Below the pieces are notes generated by a model. It did no database searches and was not told the origin of the DNA. It was given only the letters and a program-made list of their open reading frames with translations. The translations under genes were made by a program, and so were the position numbers. A stretch of DNA of 64,000 nucleotides from Obrimoposthia wandeli (taxonomy: Eukaryota), in contig CDROCS010004705.1 of assembly GCA_977020255.1 (NCBI GenBank), positions 62,001-126,000 on the forward strand. Reading direction: 5' to 3'. Below are positions 1-11,569 of the stretch, piece by piece; position 1 is the first letter of the stretch, and every line of letters starts with the position of its first letter.

Positions 1-14
1 TTTAAAACAGTTAA

Positions 15-48
15 TCGATTAGCAATAAAATAGTTTGTTGCTAATCGA
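15..48. terminator. 11-bp inverted repeat downstream of the yej operon; probable terminator
   Basis: TCGATTAGCAA (15-25) and TTGCTAATCGA (38-48) are perfect reverse complements. Confidence 0.5.
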
Positions 49-106
49 GGGCGCAAATAATAATAGCGAAAGAAGCCAGTTGCAAGCAAAAAATCACTTT
101 TTTAAA

Positions 107-133
107 GATGAATTAGGCGGAGCCTAAATCATC
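107..133. repeat. 27-bp palindromic REP-like element, family A, copy 1
   Basis: GATGAATTAGGC-GGA-GCCTAAATCATC; near-identical copies at 194, 5772 and 21189. Confidence 0.85.
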
Positions 134-193
134 CAAACAAATTAAAAGAAAATAAGGTTAAATCTTAATCAAAACTCATTATAAGAGGAAAAA

Positions 194-220
194 GATGAAT
201 TAGGCACAGCCTAAATCATC
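194..220. repeat. 27-bp palindromic REP-like element, family A, copy 2; overlaps the yejF stop codon
   Basis: GATGAATTAGGC-ACA-GCCTAAATCATC; the yejF end (ATG ATT TAG on - strand) lies inside it. Confidence 0.85.
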
Positions 221-1797
221 AATGCCGCATTCATCAATTGTTGCGTATATGGATCAGTAGGGTTATTAAAAATAGTATCGCAACTTCCTGTTTCAACCAC
301 TTTACCTTCACGCATTACTATGACTTTATGACTTAGTGCTCTAACGACGGTTAGATCATGGCTAATAAAAATATAACTTAAGTGATATTTTTTCTGCAAA
401 TTACGCAGTAATTCAATGATTTGAATTTGAATTGTACGGTCTAAACTTGAAGTCGGTTCATCTAAAATAATAAAGCGTGGCTTTAAAATAAGAGCACGTG
501 CAATCGCAACGCGTTGTCTTTGTCCACCTGACAGCTCGTTAGGGTATCGCTCGCGCCAACTAGGATCAATTTCAACCTCTTTCATCACTTCAATAATACG
601 CGCTTCACGCATCGCGCAATCGCCTTGCTGATGTATTTCTAAACCTTCACTGATGATATCACCCACTGACATTCTCGGGCTTAAGCTACCATACGGATCT
701 TGAAAAACAATTTGCATAGATTGGCGGTGAGGGCGCATTGCTTTAGCGCTGATATTTTGAATGTCATAGCCTAGAAAAACGATTTTTCCCTGACTTTTAA
801 TCAATTGTAAAATAGCTTTGGCAAGGGTTGATTTACCTGAACCGCTTTCGCCAACAATACCTAAGGTTTCACCGCTTCTAAGGCATAAATCAATACCATC
901 TACAGCTTTGAAATGATCAACAGTGCGCTGGAAAACGCCTTTGCGAATAGGAAACCACACTTTAAGTTGGTCGGTGGTTAAAGTAAGTTCTTCACCTACC
1001 GTATCTGGAGCGCAGCCACTAGGTTCTGCTGCTAGCAATCGCTTCGTGTAAGGATGCTGCGGATCTGCAAATATTTGTGTTTTACTGGCTGATTCAACAA
1101 TACAGCCTTTCTCCATTACGGATACTTGATCAGCAATGTGTTTAACCACTGCTAAATCGTGAGTTATAAACAGTACACCCATACCGGTTTCTTGTTGTAG
1201 TTCAATAATTAGCTGTAATATTTGCGCTTGAATGGTCACATCAAGAGCAGTAGTGGGCTCATCAGCAATTAACAAATCAGGCTCGTTTATCAAAGCCATT
1301 GCAATCATCACGCGCTGTCGTTCGCCACCTGAAAGCTGATGTGGAAGTGCTTTTAGTTTCTGTTCTGGGTTACGTATGCCTACTTTCTTCAGCCAAGCTA
1401 GCGTTTGTATGCTGGCCTCTTTATGACTACAAAAACTATGTAGCAATACCACTTCACTAATTTGCTTTTCAACAGAATGTAATGGGTTAAGTGATGTCAT
1501 TGGTTCTTGAAAAATAACACTGATTTTATCACCACGGATAGTGCGTAAATCAGCTTCGCTTGAGGTGATTAAATCAGTGTCTTGCCACAGAATATTGCCA
1601 CTGATGAAACGCAGTGGTGGGCTATCGAGCAATTGTAAAATGCTCATAGCAGTAACTGATTTGCCTGAGCCGCTTTCGCCAACAAGCGCGTGAATTTCGC
1701 CTTTATTGATTTTTAAATCAAGGTCAAAAACAACTTGCCTGACTTCATTGCCTGCTTGAAAGCCTAAATTTAGTTTTTTGATATCTAGCAGTGCCAT
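211..1797 (-). CDS. yejF: Peptide ABC transporter ATP-binding protein with two fused ATPase domains (YejF)
   Basis: Two Walker A motifs (GESGSGKS x2), two LSGG(E/Q)RQR signatures, DEPT Walker B motifs; last gene of the yejABEF order. Confidence 0.92.
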   Translation of the reverse strand: MALLDIKKLNLGFQAGNEVRQVVFDLDLKINKGEIHALVGESGSGKSVTAMSILQLLDSPPLRFISGNILWQDTDLITSSEADLRTIRGDKISVIFQEPMTSLNPLHSVEKQISEVVLLHSFCSHKEASIQTLAWLKKVGIRNPEQKLKALPHQLSGGERQRVMIAMALINEPDLLIADEPTTALDVTIQAQILQLIIELQQETGMGVLFITHDLAVVKHIADQVSVMEKGCIVESASKTQIFADPQHPYTKRLLAAEPSGCAPDTVGEELTLTTDQLKVWFPIRKGVFQRTVDHFKAVDGIDLCLRSGETLGIVGESGSGKSTLAKAILQLIKSQGKIVFLGYDIQNISAKAMRPHRQSMQIVFQDPYGSLSPRMSVGDIISEGLEIHQQGDCAMREARIIEVMKEVEIDPSWRERYPNELSGGQRQRVAIARALILKPRFIILDEPTSSLDRTIQIQIIELLRNLQKKYHLSYIFISHDLTVVRALSHKVIVMREGKVVETGSCDTIFNNPTDPYTQQLMNAALMI

Positions 1798-2843
1798 TAA
1801 TAAGTGCCTCGCGGGTCAAATGCATCGCGTACTGCTTCACCAATAAATACCAATAGCGAGAGCATAAAACCGAGTACTAAAAATGACGATAAACCTAGCC
1901 AAGGTGCATGAAGATTAGCTTTACCTTGCGCTAATAAATCACCTAAAGAAGGTGAGCCTGGCGGCAGGCCAAAGCCTAAAAAATCTAAAGAGGTCAATAT
2001 AGTCACTGAGCCTGACAGAGTAAAAGGCATAAATGTGAGGGTGGCCACCATGGCGTTAGGTAGTATGTGTTTAAGCATTAAACGGCTGTCTTTCATGCCC
2101 AGTGCTTTTGCGGCTTGCACGTATTCAAGGTTACGACCACGTAAAAATTCTGCGCGCACAACGCCTACAAATCCCATCCATGAAAACATTAATACAAATA
2201 ATAATAGCCACCAAATATTAGGAGTAATAACGCTGAGCATAATAATGAGAATAAACAACGAGGGCATGCTGCTCCATATCTCAATTACTCGTTGAAATAC
2301 CAAATCAACTCTGCCGCCATAAAAGCCTTGTACAGCACCTGCTGCAACACCGACGACAGCAGAAACAATGGTTACGGCAAAGCCAAATAAAACAGAGACA
2401 CGAAAGCCATATAAAATGCCCGCGACGACATCGCGTGATTTATCATCAGTGCCTAGCCAATTATCAGCACTGGGTGGGCTGGGTGCTGGCGAGGGTAGGT
2501 CGTAAATAATGGTATCAAAGCTGTAGCGTATTATCGGCCATACCGTCCAGCCGTTTTTTTCTTCGATCAGTTCTTGAATGTAAGGATCTGTGTAATCTAC
2601 TTTTACGGCTAAATCGCCACCAAAATCAAGCTCGGTGTATTGCACAAAAATAGGGAAATGCAGTGTGCCGTCATAACTGACGACTAAAGGTTTATCATTG
2701 GCTATAAATTCAGCAAATAATGAAATGCCGAAAAATAGCATAAAAGCCCATAAACTGAAATAGCCGCGTTTGTTCGCTTTAAATTTTAACCAACGTTTCG
2801 CGTTAACAGATAATCTAGGGGGTTGCTTAGTGAGCGTTGTCAT
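1797..2843 (-). CDS. yejE: Peptide ABC transporter permease (YejE)
   Basis: W..FKANKRGYFSL start, NWLGTDDKSRDV and RAEFLRGRNLEYVQAA EAA-loop. Start moved to ATG 2843, just after the yejB stop. Confidence 0.92.
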   Translation of the reverse strand: MTTLTKQPPRLSVNAKRWLKFKANKRGYFSLWAFMLFFGISLFAEFIANDKPLVVSYDGTLHFPIFVQYTELDFGGDLAVKVDYTDPYIQELIEEKNGWTVWPIIRYSFDTIIYDLPSPAPSPPSADNWLGTDDKSRDVVAGILYGFRVSVLFGFAVTIVSAVVGVAAGAVQGFYGGRVDLVFQRVIEIWSSMPSLFILIIMLSVITPNIWWLLLFVLMFSWMGFVGVVRAEFLRGRNLEYVQAAKALGMKDSRLMLKHILPNAMVATLTFMPFTLSGSVTILTSLDFLGFGLPPGSPSLGDLLAQGKANLHAPWLGLSSFLVLGFMLSLLVFIGEAVRDAFDPRGTY

Positions 2844-2844
2844 C

Positions 2845-3939
2845 TTAATTACCGTCAAAATTAATACGTGGATCGACGACACTGTACATCACATCGCTGA
2901 GTATACTCATCAACAGGCCAATAAGACCAAAGATGTATAAAGTTGCGAAGATTACTGGGTAATCACGACCTAATGTTGCTTCATAGCCTAATAAACCTAA
3001 ACCATCTAATGAAAATATAACTTCAATTAGTAATGAGCCGGTAAAAAATATACCGATAAAGGCCGCGGGAAAACCAGCAATGATAATCAACATGGCATTG
3101 CGAAATACATGCTTGTATAAAATACTGCGCTCGTTTAATCCTTTTGCTTTGGCGGTAATAACGTACTGCTTGTGAATTTCATCTAAAAAGCTGTTTTTAG
3201 TGAGCATGGTTAAGCTGGCAAAGCCGCCAATAGTCATAGCTACAACCGGTAAAAACATGTGATTGAAATAATCAGCTATTTTGCCAAAGGTGCTAAGTTC
3301 TTCAAAATCATTAGATACTAAGCCGCGCAATGGGAAAATATCAAAATAGTTACCGCCGGCAAATACAATAATGAGCAACACCGCAAATAAGAAAGAGGGG
3401 ATTGCATTAGCGGCCAGCACAATTGAAGTTGTCCAAATATCAAAGCGACTGCTGTGTTTTATGGCTTTGCGGATACCCAGCGGAATAGAGATTAAATAGA
3501 CCAGTAAAGTAGTCCAAAGGCCGAGCGAAATAGACACCGGTAAACGTTCTACAATAAGCTCGCTGACGGTACGTCCTCTGAATAAGCTATCGCCAAAATC
3601 AAAGCGAAGATAATCAGTCAGCATTTCAAAGTAGCGTTCATGCATTGGGCGATCAAAACCAAACTGCTTTTTGATCGCTTCAATATCTTCTTCTGTCAGG
3701 CCGATAGAAGAGCGAGAACTAGTCGCTTCACTACCCTTGTTTTCGTTATCCGTCACCTCTTCTTGTGAATTATTACCCGTTACTCTATCGAGCATAGAAG
3801 CATTTAGCCCCATTTGCTTGGCAATCATTTGATCGACAGGGCCGCCAGGGGCCATCTGAATCAAAAAGAAGTTAATGGTAATGATGGCCAGTAACGTAGG
3901 AATTATCAATAACAAGCGACGAATTATATACGCAGACAT
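2845..3939 (-). CDS. yejB: Peptide ABC transporter permease (YejB)
   Basis: [55 protein letters not shown] and DPRINF end. Confidence 0.93.
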   Translation of the reverse strand: MSAYIIRRLLLIIPTLLAIITINFFLIQMAPGGPVDQMIAKQMGLNASMLDRVTGNNSQEEVTDNENKGSEATSSRSSIGLTEEDIEAIKKQFGFDRPMHERYFEMLTDYLRFDFGDSLFRGRTVSELIVERLPVSISLGLWTTLLVYLISIPLGIRKAIKHSSRFDIWTTSIVLAANAIPSFLFAVLLIIVFAGGNYFDIFPLRGLVSNDFEELSTFGKIADYFNHMFLPVVAMTIGGFASLTMLTKNSFLDEIHKQYVITAKAKGLNERSILYKHVFRNAMLIIIAGFPAAFIGIFFTGSLLIEVIFSLDGLGLLGYEATLGRDYPVIFATLYIFGLIGLLMSILSDVMYSVVDPRINFDGN

Positions 3940-3974
3940 TAGTTATAACCTGTGATGAAATACAATAAATTCAT

Positions 3975-5728
3975 TTAGTTAGTCGCGTTTCGTTTAGGTA
4001 AGTTAGCCGCTTTTTCTGCATCGTACCACCATGTACTAACACCGAGTGCATATTTAGGTTTTATCGCAGGTTTAGAAAATTTATCCCAGTAGGCTATCCT
4101 ATAAAACTTATTGTGCCATTTTGGAATCACTAAAAACTGCCATAATAAAACTCTATCTAAAGCGCTGCCATAAGCTTTTAATTTAGTTAAATCTTGTTGG
4201 TTGGCCATGATGCTATCAATTAAACTATCAACAGCTTTACTGGTATAGCCTGTTGAGTTATAAGTGCTATCAGTAAATTTAGAGTGGAAATAGTATTTAA
4301 AGCTGTTTCCTGGGTGTATTCCACCGCCCATTTGATGAATCATCATGTCATAGTTTCGTTTACGCAAGCGGTTAGTCGCTTGAGCAATATCAACGGTTCT
4401 AATATCAAGCTCAATACCTATCTTGGCTAGGTTTTTCTTGAATGGAATAACATAACGCTCATCAATTGAGCGCCATAACATTATTTCAAAGCGAAAAGGC
4501 TCGTTTGCAGCATTGTACAGTTTGCCTGATTTTAAGTGCCAGCCAGCTGCTTTAAGCATTTTCAATGCTGTGCGGCTCTGCTTTCTTAATCTACCTGAGC
4601 CATCAGTTACCGGAGGGTTGTACTCTTTAGTGAATACTTCAGTGGGTAGCTGAGATCTAAATGGTTCTAATGCTGCTAGTTCATCGCCAGTGGGTAGACC
4701 ACGTGCCATGTAATCAGAGTTTTGCAGGTATGAGAAGTTCCTACTATCAGCAGAGTAAAAAAGCTTTTTGTTGGTCCATTCAAAATCAAACATCAAACCG
4801 ATGGCCTCACGTACTCTTCGATCTTTAAATATCTCTCTAGTGGTATTGAATATAAAACCGCTCATTGGTCTAGGGTTATCGTTTGCGATCTTTTCAAGCT
4901 TTATGAAACTAGCATCAAAATTTTTACCAGTATAGGTAGTTGCCCATAGTTTTGAGTCAGATTCAGCACGAAAGTCAAACTCGCCTTTTTTAAGCGCTTC
5001 GATCATTACGGTGCTGTCTTTGTATATGTCGATCCTTTTGAAATCAAAATTTAACGTGCCTTTTTGAGTTGGGTGATCGATAGCCCAATAATTTTTATCT
5101 CGTTCGTAAACCACATATTGACCCATTTTAAAGTCAACTAAACGATAAGCACCACTACCTAAAGGAGCTTCAACAAGTGGGTCTGCTAAGTTTTTATCTT
5201 GCCAGTAATGCTGCGGAAAAATAGGCAAATCGACTAAAGACAGCATGAAGTCTTTATCTTTTTTAGGTAGTGTAAGGAATTTGATCTAGATTAACCCTTG
5301 TGTCATAAACTTGTCGAAGGTAAAGGCAATATCTTTGGCAGTGACAGGAACGCCATCTTGAAATTTTGCTTTAGGGTTTATTTTAAAGCTAATCCAGCTG
5401 TAATCATCCGGGTAGCTAGCTTCATTGCAGACTAAGCAGTAATAAACACCATCTTCATCTGAGTTTGTTACCATCAAAGAATCATAAAAATCAACAGAGT
5501 TAGGTGCCCGCAGTGCTGATATAGTTGGCCAAAATTGTAAATGTAGCAATACTGGCTAAGTTGCTAATGCGCCAATGGTGCTTTAGGATTTACATAATCC
5601 CAGTGCGTAAAATCAGCAGGGTATTTAGGCTCGCCGCGCAAGGCAATGGCATTAGAAGTTGTGATGTTTTGGGCAAAGCTAAAGCTTGACACTAACAAGC
5701 TAAAACAAATAAGTGAAATTCTAATCAT
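3975..5728 (-). pseudogene. yejA: Peptide ABC transporter substrate-binding protein (YejA), interrupted by frameshifts; possibly an assembly error
   Basis: ATG 5728 reads MIRISLICFSLL...GEPKYPADFTHWDYVNPKAP; middle piece 5286-5549 (DSLMVTNSDE, AKFQDGVPVTAKD); C-terminal ORF 3975-5246 (PLGSGAY, FDFEWTNKKLFY). Breaks near 5550-5575 and 5250-5290. Confidence 0.85.
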
Positions 5729-5771
5729 TACATCTCCATGACGAAATAAAAGGCAATATCAAATGAATAAA

Positions 5772-5798
5772 GATGAAGTAGGCCTGAGCTAAATCATC
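5772..5798. repeat. 27-bp palindromic REP-like element, family A, copy 3 (degenerate), upstream of yejA
   Basis: GATGAAGTAGGCCTGAGCTAAATCATC followed by AAGGGCAAATACCCCG... Confidence 0.75.
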
Positions 5799-6245
5799 AA
5801 GGGCAAATACCCCGTTTTCAAAGCGTAAGTGGTAGCGCTTGGTAAAGCTATGTTTGAAATTTATTAAAAACGTATCTATAAATCATTGGTTTGTATTGTG
5901 ATATAAAAGTTTCATCTAACAAAGACATTTTAATTGCTAGTGCTAAGTTTCGAGGCTAATTGTGCTTATCATGCTAAAAATTTAGCGCTAAGCGATCAAG
6001 GTAGGTTATTTTTAGCGAAAAAAGCTAGGAATTATTTGCGAAAATAACATTTGATAAGAGAATTTAGTCGCTATTTATTCACGATTAATATGTGCTTCAG
6101 GTGTGAATCTGCCAAGCTCGGAATCAAGCAAGACGAGAGCTAAAGAGAAAGTGCCTGCTTGGCAAAATAGAGGTTTTAGCTATTGGAAGAAAACGTTGTC
6201 GAGCAAAATTGATAAAGACTCAAAGTAAGTTGCTTTTACAGCCTC

Positions 6246-7160
6246 TTATTTTTTGTTACTACTATTATCTAAACGCAGATAGAAGTTACTAATGATGGTC
6301 CTGATTTCCTTGAGTGCTACCATTTGATTGAGTTGCTGTTCGAATAGTTCGAGCTTGTCAGCAAAAGGTGACTTTTTAGATAAGGTGATGTAGACAGCAG
6401 TGGGAGTTATATACTTAAACTTTGCCTTGCGATAATGTTGCTGTTGATTGTTTTTGTATAAGTAATAATCCATTTGGGTTTGTGTGCCTATAAAAGTATC
6501 GAGGCGTTTTTTGTTTAGCATGGCCACTAGCTGATCGTCATTAGTGACAAGGGTTTTTAATAGTTTGGCATCATTGTCAAAACGGTTGAAATATTTTGCG
6601 CCATTAACAACACCAATATTACGATCATACAGGTCGTCATAATTTGTGATATCAAGCTTGGAAAGTTTATTTAGATAAAACACTTTGTTAGATTTGTCTT
6701 TATAAGGCGGAGAAATATAATGCATATACTCCTCTCTTTCTGCTCTTTTAAGTACGCCTGCAATAAGATCTAAGTCACCGTTTTGCATCATTTTCAAACA
6801 GCGCTTCCAGGGGCAAACCTGAAATTTAATGGACAGCTCAAGTCGGCTGGCAAGGCGCTTTATTATATCTACATTGATACCTCGCATCGTTTTGCCCGTA
6901 GTGATGTTCCAGGGCGGGTATTCATCTAAACCGACAATTAAGGTGTTTTTTTCAGCACAGGCTATACCCGTAAAACAGAGGCCACAAAAGATCATCAAAA
7001 GTTTGATAAAACGGCACTCAAAACTTATGCTTAGCGTACTGACTAACCTGGCTATAGATGAGGTTTTTGGTTTAATGAAGTTCATTATTTCATCCTGTTT
7101 TACATGTGTTATAGCATTAGAAATTGTGAGCGATTGTGCTAACTTAAAGATTGCAACCAC
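6246..7160 (-). CDS. Substrate-binding periplasmic protein, family 3 (polar amino acid-type), stand-alone
   Basis: YPPW...G..VDI, CPWKRCLKMMQNGDLDL, KPEREEY-like motif. True start probably downstream (7085 or 6995). Confidence 0.8.
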   Translation of the reverse strand: MVAIFKLAQSLTISNAITHVKQDEIMNFIKPKTSSIARLVSTLSISFECRFIKLLMIFCGLCFTGIACAEKNTLIVGLDEYPPWNITTGKTMRGINVDIIKRLASRLELSIKFQVCPWKRCLKMMQNGDLDLIAGVLKRAEREEYMHYISPPYKDKSNKVFYLNKLSKLDITNYDDLYDRNIGVVNGAKYFNRFDNDAKLLKTLVTNDDQLVAMLNKKRLDTFIGTQTQMDYYLYKNNQQQHYRKAKFKYITPTAVYITLSKKSPFADKLELFEQQLNQMVALKEIRTIISNFYLRLDNSSNKK

Positions 7161-7661
7161 TCACTGTAGGTGTCTTTCGATTGCTCTACAGATACAAAAT
7201 AAAACTTAAGAGGAAAACTTGTTTGTTAAGGCGCTAACACTACTGGTACGCTGTGGGTATAGGAACTGTGCCTTTGTCCAAGCATTCCATTAGATCCAGA
7301 ATTTTACAGTGGTAAACGATAATAACTTAAATTAGCTTAGGTTATGAAAAAACATTTAGCCAGTTTTGAATAAAAAACTATCGCATCACTTTAGCTCATT
7401 AAACTTTGGTTAGTGGACATGAAAATAACCATTGAGGGGAATCTAAAGGTAAGTACTATCAATGGTAGCTTACAAAAAGGGTGTATAACCAAATAGGGGT
7501 AAGCTTGAAGAAAGCTTAAGCGAATAGGTTATGAACTTGAAGCTTGTGAAATGCTTCTAGAGCTAAAAAATATATCAAATTCAACTGTTCAAAAATCTAG
7601 CATCTTACATTGTGAAAGCACTTTAGTTACACTGCTTATTTTTTATATTGAGTAATTTATA

Positions 7662-9719
7662 GTGACTGTTACTGCTGCGCCTATTGCTAAAAAAGTACCC
7701 CATTCTTTATCTATTCATAACCATACACGCGTCGATAATTATTATTGGATGCGTGATGATGAAAGAGCTGACGCTGAAGTCATCGCACACTTAATGGCAG
7801 AGAATGATTATGCTGATACTCTATTAAAGCCACAGCAGGCCCTGCAAGAAACTATTTTTAATGAGTTAAAAAATCGCATCGTGAAAGATGATAGTAGTGT
7901 GCCTGTTAAAGATGGGTTGTATTGGTATCACAGTGAAATTGAAGGCGAGCAAGAATTTGCCGATTTTTATCGCACCACTAGTTTTGCAGGTGCTGATAAA
8001 AAATTGTTATTAGATGTAAACGAGCGCAGCACTGATCATGAGTTTTATGATTTAGGCGAGCTAAGTATTAGCCCCAACGATGAGCTGATTAGCTTTTCTG
8101 AAGATATTGATAGCCGTCGAATATACACCCTATATTTTAAGCATATCGCCACCGATAAGATGTTAACTGATACGCTAATTGAAACTGAAGGCGATCTGGT
8201 GTGGGCGAACGATAACCTACACGTGTTCTATGTAAAAAAAGATTTACAAACGCTGTTAGGCACCCAAGTTTTCAGGCACGCATTAGGTAGCAACCAAGAT
8301 GATGATGTGTTGGTGTACGAACAAACAGACCACCGATTTTATATGAGTTTATCGAAAAGCCGTGATGATACGGTCATTTTTATCAACTTAGATGCGACAG
8401 AGTCAACCCACACGCTCAAGATGGATGCTGATACGCCATTAGGCCAATTTACTGCATTAGTGCCTTATCAAGAGCAGCATGAGTACCACGCAGACAAGCT
8501 AGGTGATTATTATTATTTAGTGAGCAATGACAATGCACAAAATTTCAAGCTTGTTAGGGCGGCGCAAGATCAAATACATTTAAAAGAGCAGTGGCAAGAG
8601 CTTCAAACTCATAGCGAGAGTGTGTTGCTTGAAGATGTTGAACTGTTTGAACATTGTTATGTGCTCTCATTAAGAGAGAACGGCCAAGTCAGTTTTGTGG
8701 TACAAAACATAGCTGATGATAAACGCTTTGAGTTAAATTTTGATGATGCTTGTTATTTAGCCTCAATAGGTAATAACCCAGATCCTAAAAGCGGTAAATT
8801 ACGTATTTACTATTCAAGCCTCACCACACCGGGCTCTAGTTATGAGTTTGATTTAGTTACCGGCGAGCGCCAATTACTGAAGCAACAAACGGTTGAAGGT
8901 GGTTTTGATGCAAACCTTTATGCATCAGAGCGTGTATTTGCCACTGCGCGTGATGGCGTTAAAGTGCCAATCTCATTAGTGTATCGTAAATCATTATTTA
9001 AAAAAGATGGCACTAACCCTTTGTTACAATACGGTTATGGTGCTTACGGCATTACGATTGATCCCAGCTTTTCTAGTAGCACATTAAGTTTGCTTGATCG
9101 TGGTTTTGTGTTTGCCATAGCCCATGTACGTGGCTCAGAAATGCTCGGTAGAGCTTGGTATGAGCAAGGTAAAAAAGAGCATAAACAAAATACCTTTAAT
9201 GATTTTATCGACGTCACTCAATTTTTAGTTGCCCAGCAATACGGTGCTGCAGATAAAATTTTTGCCAGCGGCGGATCAGCTGGTGGTTTATTGATGGGAG
9301 CGGTTGTTAATCAGGCGCCGCAATTGTATTTAGGCATTGGCAGCCATGTACCTTTTGTGGATGTGCTGACGACGATGCTAGATGAGAGCATTCCGCTAAC
9401 CACTAATGAGTATGATGAATGGGGAAACCCAAATGATGAAGCTGATTATCAAGTGATTTTGCAGTACTCACCATTAGATAACATTAAAGCCATGGATTAC
9501 CCTAATATATTAGTGACTACTGGCCTACATGATTCGCAAGTGCAATATTTTGAACCAATGAAATGGGTAGCGAAATTACGCGAATATAAAACTGATAATA
9601 ATGTATTAGTTTTTAAAACAGATATGGATGCAGGGCACGGTGGGGCAGCAGGGCGCTTTAAAAGTTTGCATGAAAAAGCAGTGGAAATGGCGTTTTTTAT
9701 CAGTTTATTAGGTGAATAA
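7662..9719 (+). CDS. ptrB: Oligopeptidase B / protease II (S9A)
   Basis: RVDNYYWMRD N-terminus, GGSAGG nucleophile motif, VPFVDVLTTMLDESIPLT, HDSQVQYFEP, AGHGG catalytic His. Confidence 0.95.
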   Translation: MTVTAAPIAKKVPHSLSIHNHTRVDNYYWMRDDERADAEVIAHLMAENDYADTLLKPQQALQETIFNELKNRIVKDDSSVPVKDGLYWYHSEIEGEQEFADFYRTTSFAGADKKLLLDVNERSTDHEFYDLGELSISPNDELISFSEDIDSRRIYTLYFKHIATDKMLTDTLIETEGDLVWANDNLHVFYVKKDLQTLLGTQVFRHALGSNQDDDVLVYEQTDHRFYMSLSKSRDDTVIFINLDATESTHTLKMDADTPLGQFTALVPYQEQHEYHADKLGDYYYLVSNDNAQNFKLVRAAQDQIHLKEQWQELQTHSESVLLEDVELFEHCYVLSLRENGQVSFVVQNIADDKRFELNFDDACYLASIGNNPDPKSGKLRIYYSSLTTPGSSYEFDLVTGERQLLKQQTVEGGFDANLYASERVFATARDGVKVPISLVYRKSLFKKDGTNPLLQYGYGAYGITIDPSFSSSTLSLLDRGFVFAIAHVRGSEMLGRAWYEQGKKEHKQNTFNDFIDVTQFLVAQQYGAADKIFASGGSAGGLLMGAVVNQAPQLYLGIGSHVPFVDVLTTMLDESIPLTTNEYDEWGNPNDEADYQVILQYSPLDNIKAMDYPNILVTTGLHDSQVQYFEPMKWVAKLREYKTDNNVLVFKTDMDAGHGGAAGRFKSLHEKAVEMAFFISLLGE

Positions 9720-9728
9720 AAAATATAT

Positions 9729-9756
9729 AACCAACCATCAGTCATGATGGTTGGTT
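9729..9756. terminator. Bidirectional terminator between convergent ptrB and MCP genes
   Basis: AACCAACCATCA-GTCA-TGATGGTTGGTT, perfect 12-bp stem. Confidence 0.75.
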
Positions 9757-9770
9757 AAGTTATGTCTTTA

Positions 9771-11388
9771 TTATACTTTAAAACGTTGTAGTGACTGCTC
9801 TAGCTGCACAACAACTGCTGTTAGAAGCTCACTCGATTTTGCGTTTTCACTCGCACCTTGGCTCGTTTCGTCAGCGATCTCACTGATACTTGAAATATTC
9901 ACATTCATATCTTGTGCTACTAAGCTTTGTTTTTTGACAGATAGCGCGACTTGTTGGTTCATCTGCAGAATTTCTTGTACTTTCGCGACTACTTGTTTAG
10001 TTTTATTGCCAGTATCCAACGCACTGTCTGCGCTCTTTTATCGTCTACGTGCCTAAAATGAGTAGCCTCATCAAAAGAAGTTTGGGACGTCTATTAAGCT
10101 CCCTAATTTGATTGGTTGAATCTTTAGTACGCATGGCTAAGTTTCGCACTTCATCGGCAACGACAGCAAAGCCGCGACCTTGTTCTCCAGCTCTGGCTGC
10201 TTCAATAGCGGCGTTAAGTGCCAATAAATTAGTTTGATCGGAAATGGCACTAATAATATTGAGCACATTTTCTACTTCATCAGTGCCTTGCGCCAATTCA
10301 GAAATGGTATCAATTAACTGCACCATCTCATCTGAAGCACTGTTAATCTCAGTAATAGTACTGGTGACGATTTCATAACCTTGCTCTGCCGCTAAATCAG
10401 CATCTTGAGAACATACGATGGTCTTATCGGCAATATCTAACACATCTTGTGCAGTGATGCTCATTTCTTGCATGGCACTCATTAAACCATGAGTTTCATC
10501 ACGCTGTTTTTTCACGCCCGCTAAGGTTTGAGCTGTAATGGTAGCACCGTCATAAGATGAGAGTTTAATAGCTGAACAAGAGCCTTCAACATCTTGAATT
10601 AAATTACTCAATGCATCCATGGTTTGATTGACGCATTGGGCGAGTTGTCCAATTTCATCTTTACCTGTAGTAGTCGCTTTGCTTGAGAAGTTACCATTGG
10701 CCATGCGTTTAACAGTGGTTGATATCTCAGCAATTGAATAGCTAATTCTTTTAGAGATGAAGCCGGTAATGAGTAAAATAATGGGGATAACTAAGCCCAA
10801 GGTTAGTAATGCATTTTTTAACTGCTGTTGGTTTATATCATCTAAGTCATCTACATAAACCCCCGTGCCAATAACCCATTCCCAAGGTTCCATCGCACTG
10901 ACATACGAAATTTTTCTACCAGCAAATCCAGTGCTTGGGTTTTGCCATAAATAATTCACCTGACCTTCACCACTTGTTTTGGCAACGCGTGCGAATTCCT
11001 TAAACAGTTTTACGCCGTTGGCATCTTTGGTGCGGCTTAAATCTTTACCATTGAGTTGTGGTTTTATAGGGTGAGATACCATAAAAGCATTATTATCTGA
11101 GATAAATACGTAATTTGTTTTATCGTAACGAATAGCACTGATTACTTGTATTGCTTGTTGCTGCGCTTGCGCTTTGGTGAGTTTACCTTGCAGTGTTAAC
11201 TGCTGATAATGCAGTGCAATAGACTTAGCACTAGCGACAATTTCTTTTGATTGTACCGCTTTAGATGTTTCTAATTGTTCAGAAAAACTCTTGAGGTTGA
11301 AAAATTCAAGCATGAGAATCAAGCCTAAGAATAAACTAATAATTAATATGAGTTTATTACGAATAGACAGGTTGTTGATTATTTGCAT
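9771..11388 (-). pseudogene. Methyl-accepting chemotaxis protein (single Cache 2 + HAMP + signalling domain), frameshifted near 10020-10080
   Basis: YVFI..HP.KP.L.GKD...KDANG..LF Cache_2 pattern; [31 protein letters not shown] hairpin; C-terminus continues in ORF 9771-10019. Confidence 0.85.
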
Positions 11389-11569
11389 TATACGGCCTTT
11401 ACAACTTATGAGGGGTTCATAAAAAAGCAGTGCTTTTTATATCTAATAATTTTTATTATTAATTCAGATTATAACGTTTGTAATATGAACGCCATTTAAA
11501 TATTTGATCTAAAAGAAAATAAATAACTGATATTAAACAATTGTTTTAATGTTTTATGGCCGTGCAGTT

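Noticed and set aside
211-5728. yejABEF as a microcin or toxin system
   Set aside because: It is a housekeeping peptide importer; no microcin synthesis or immunity genes are present.
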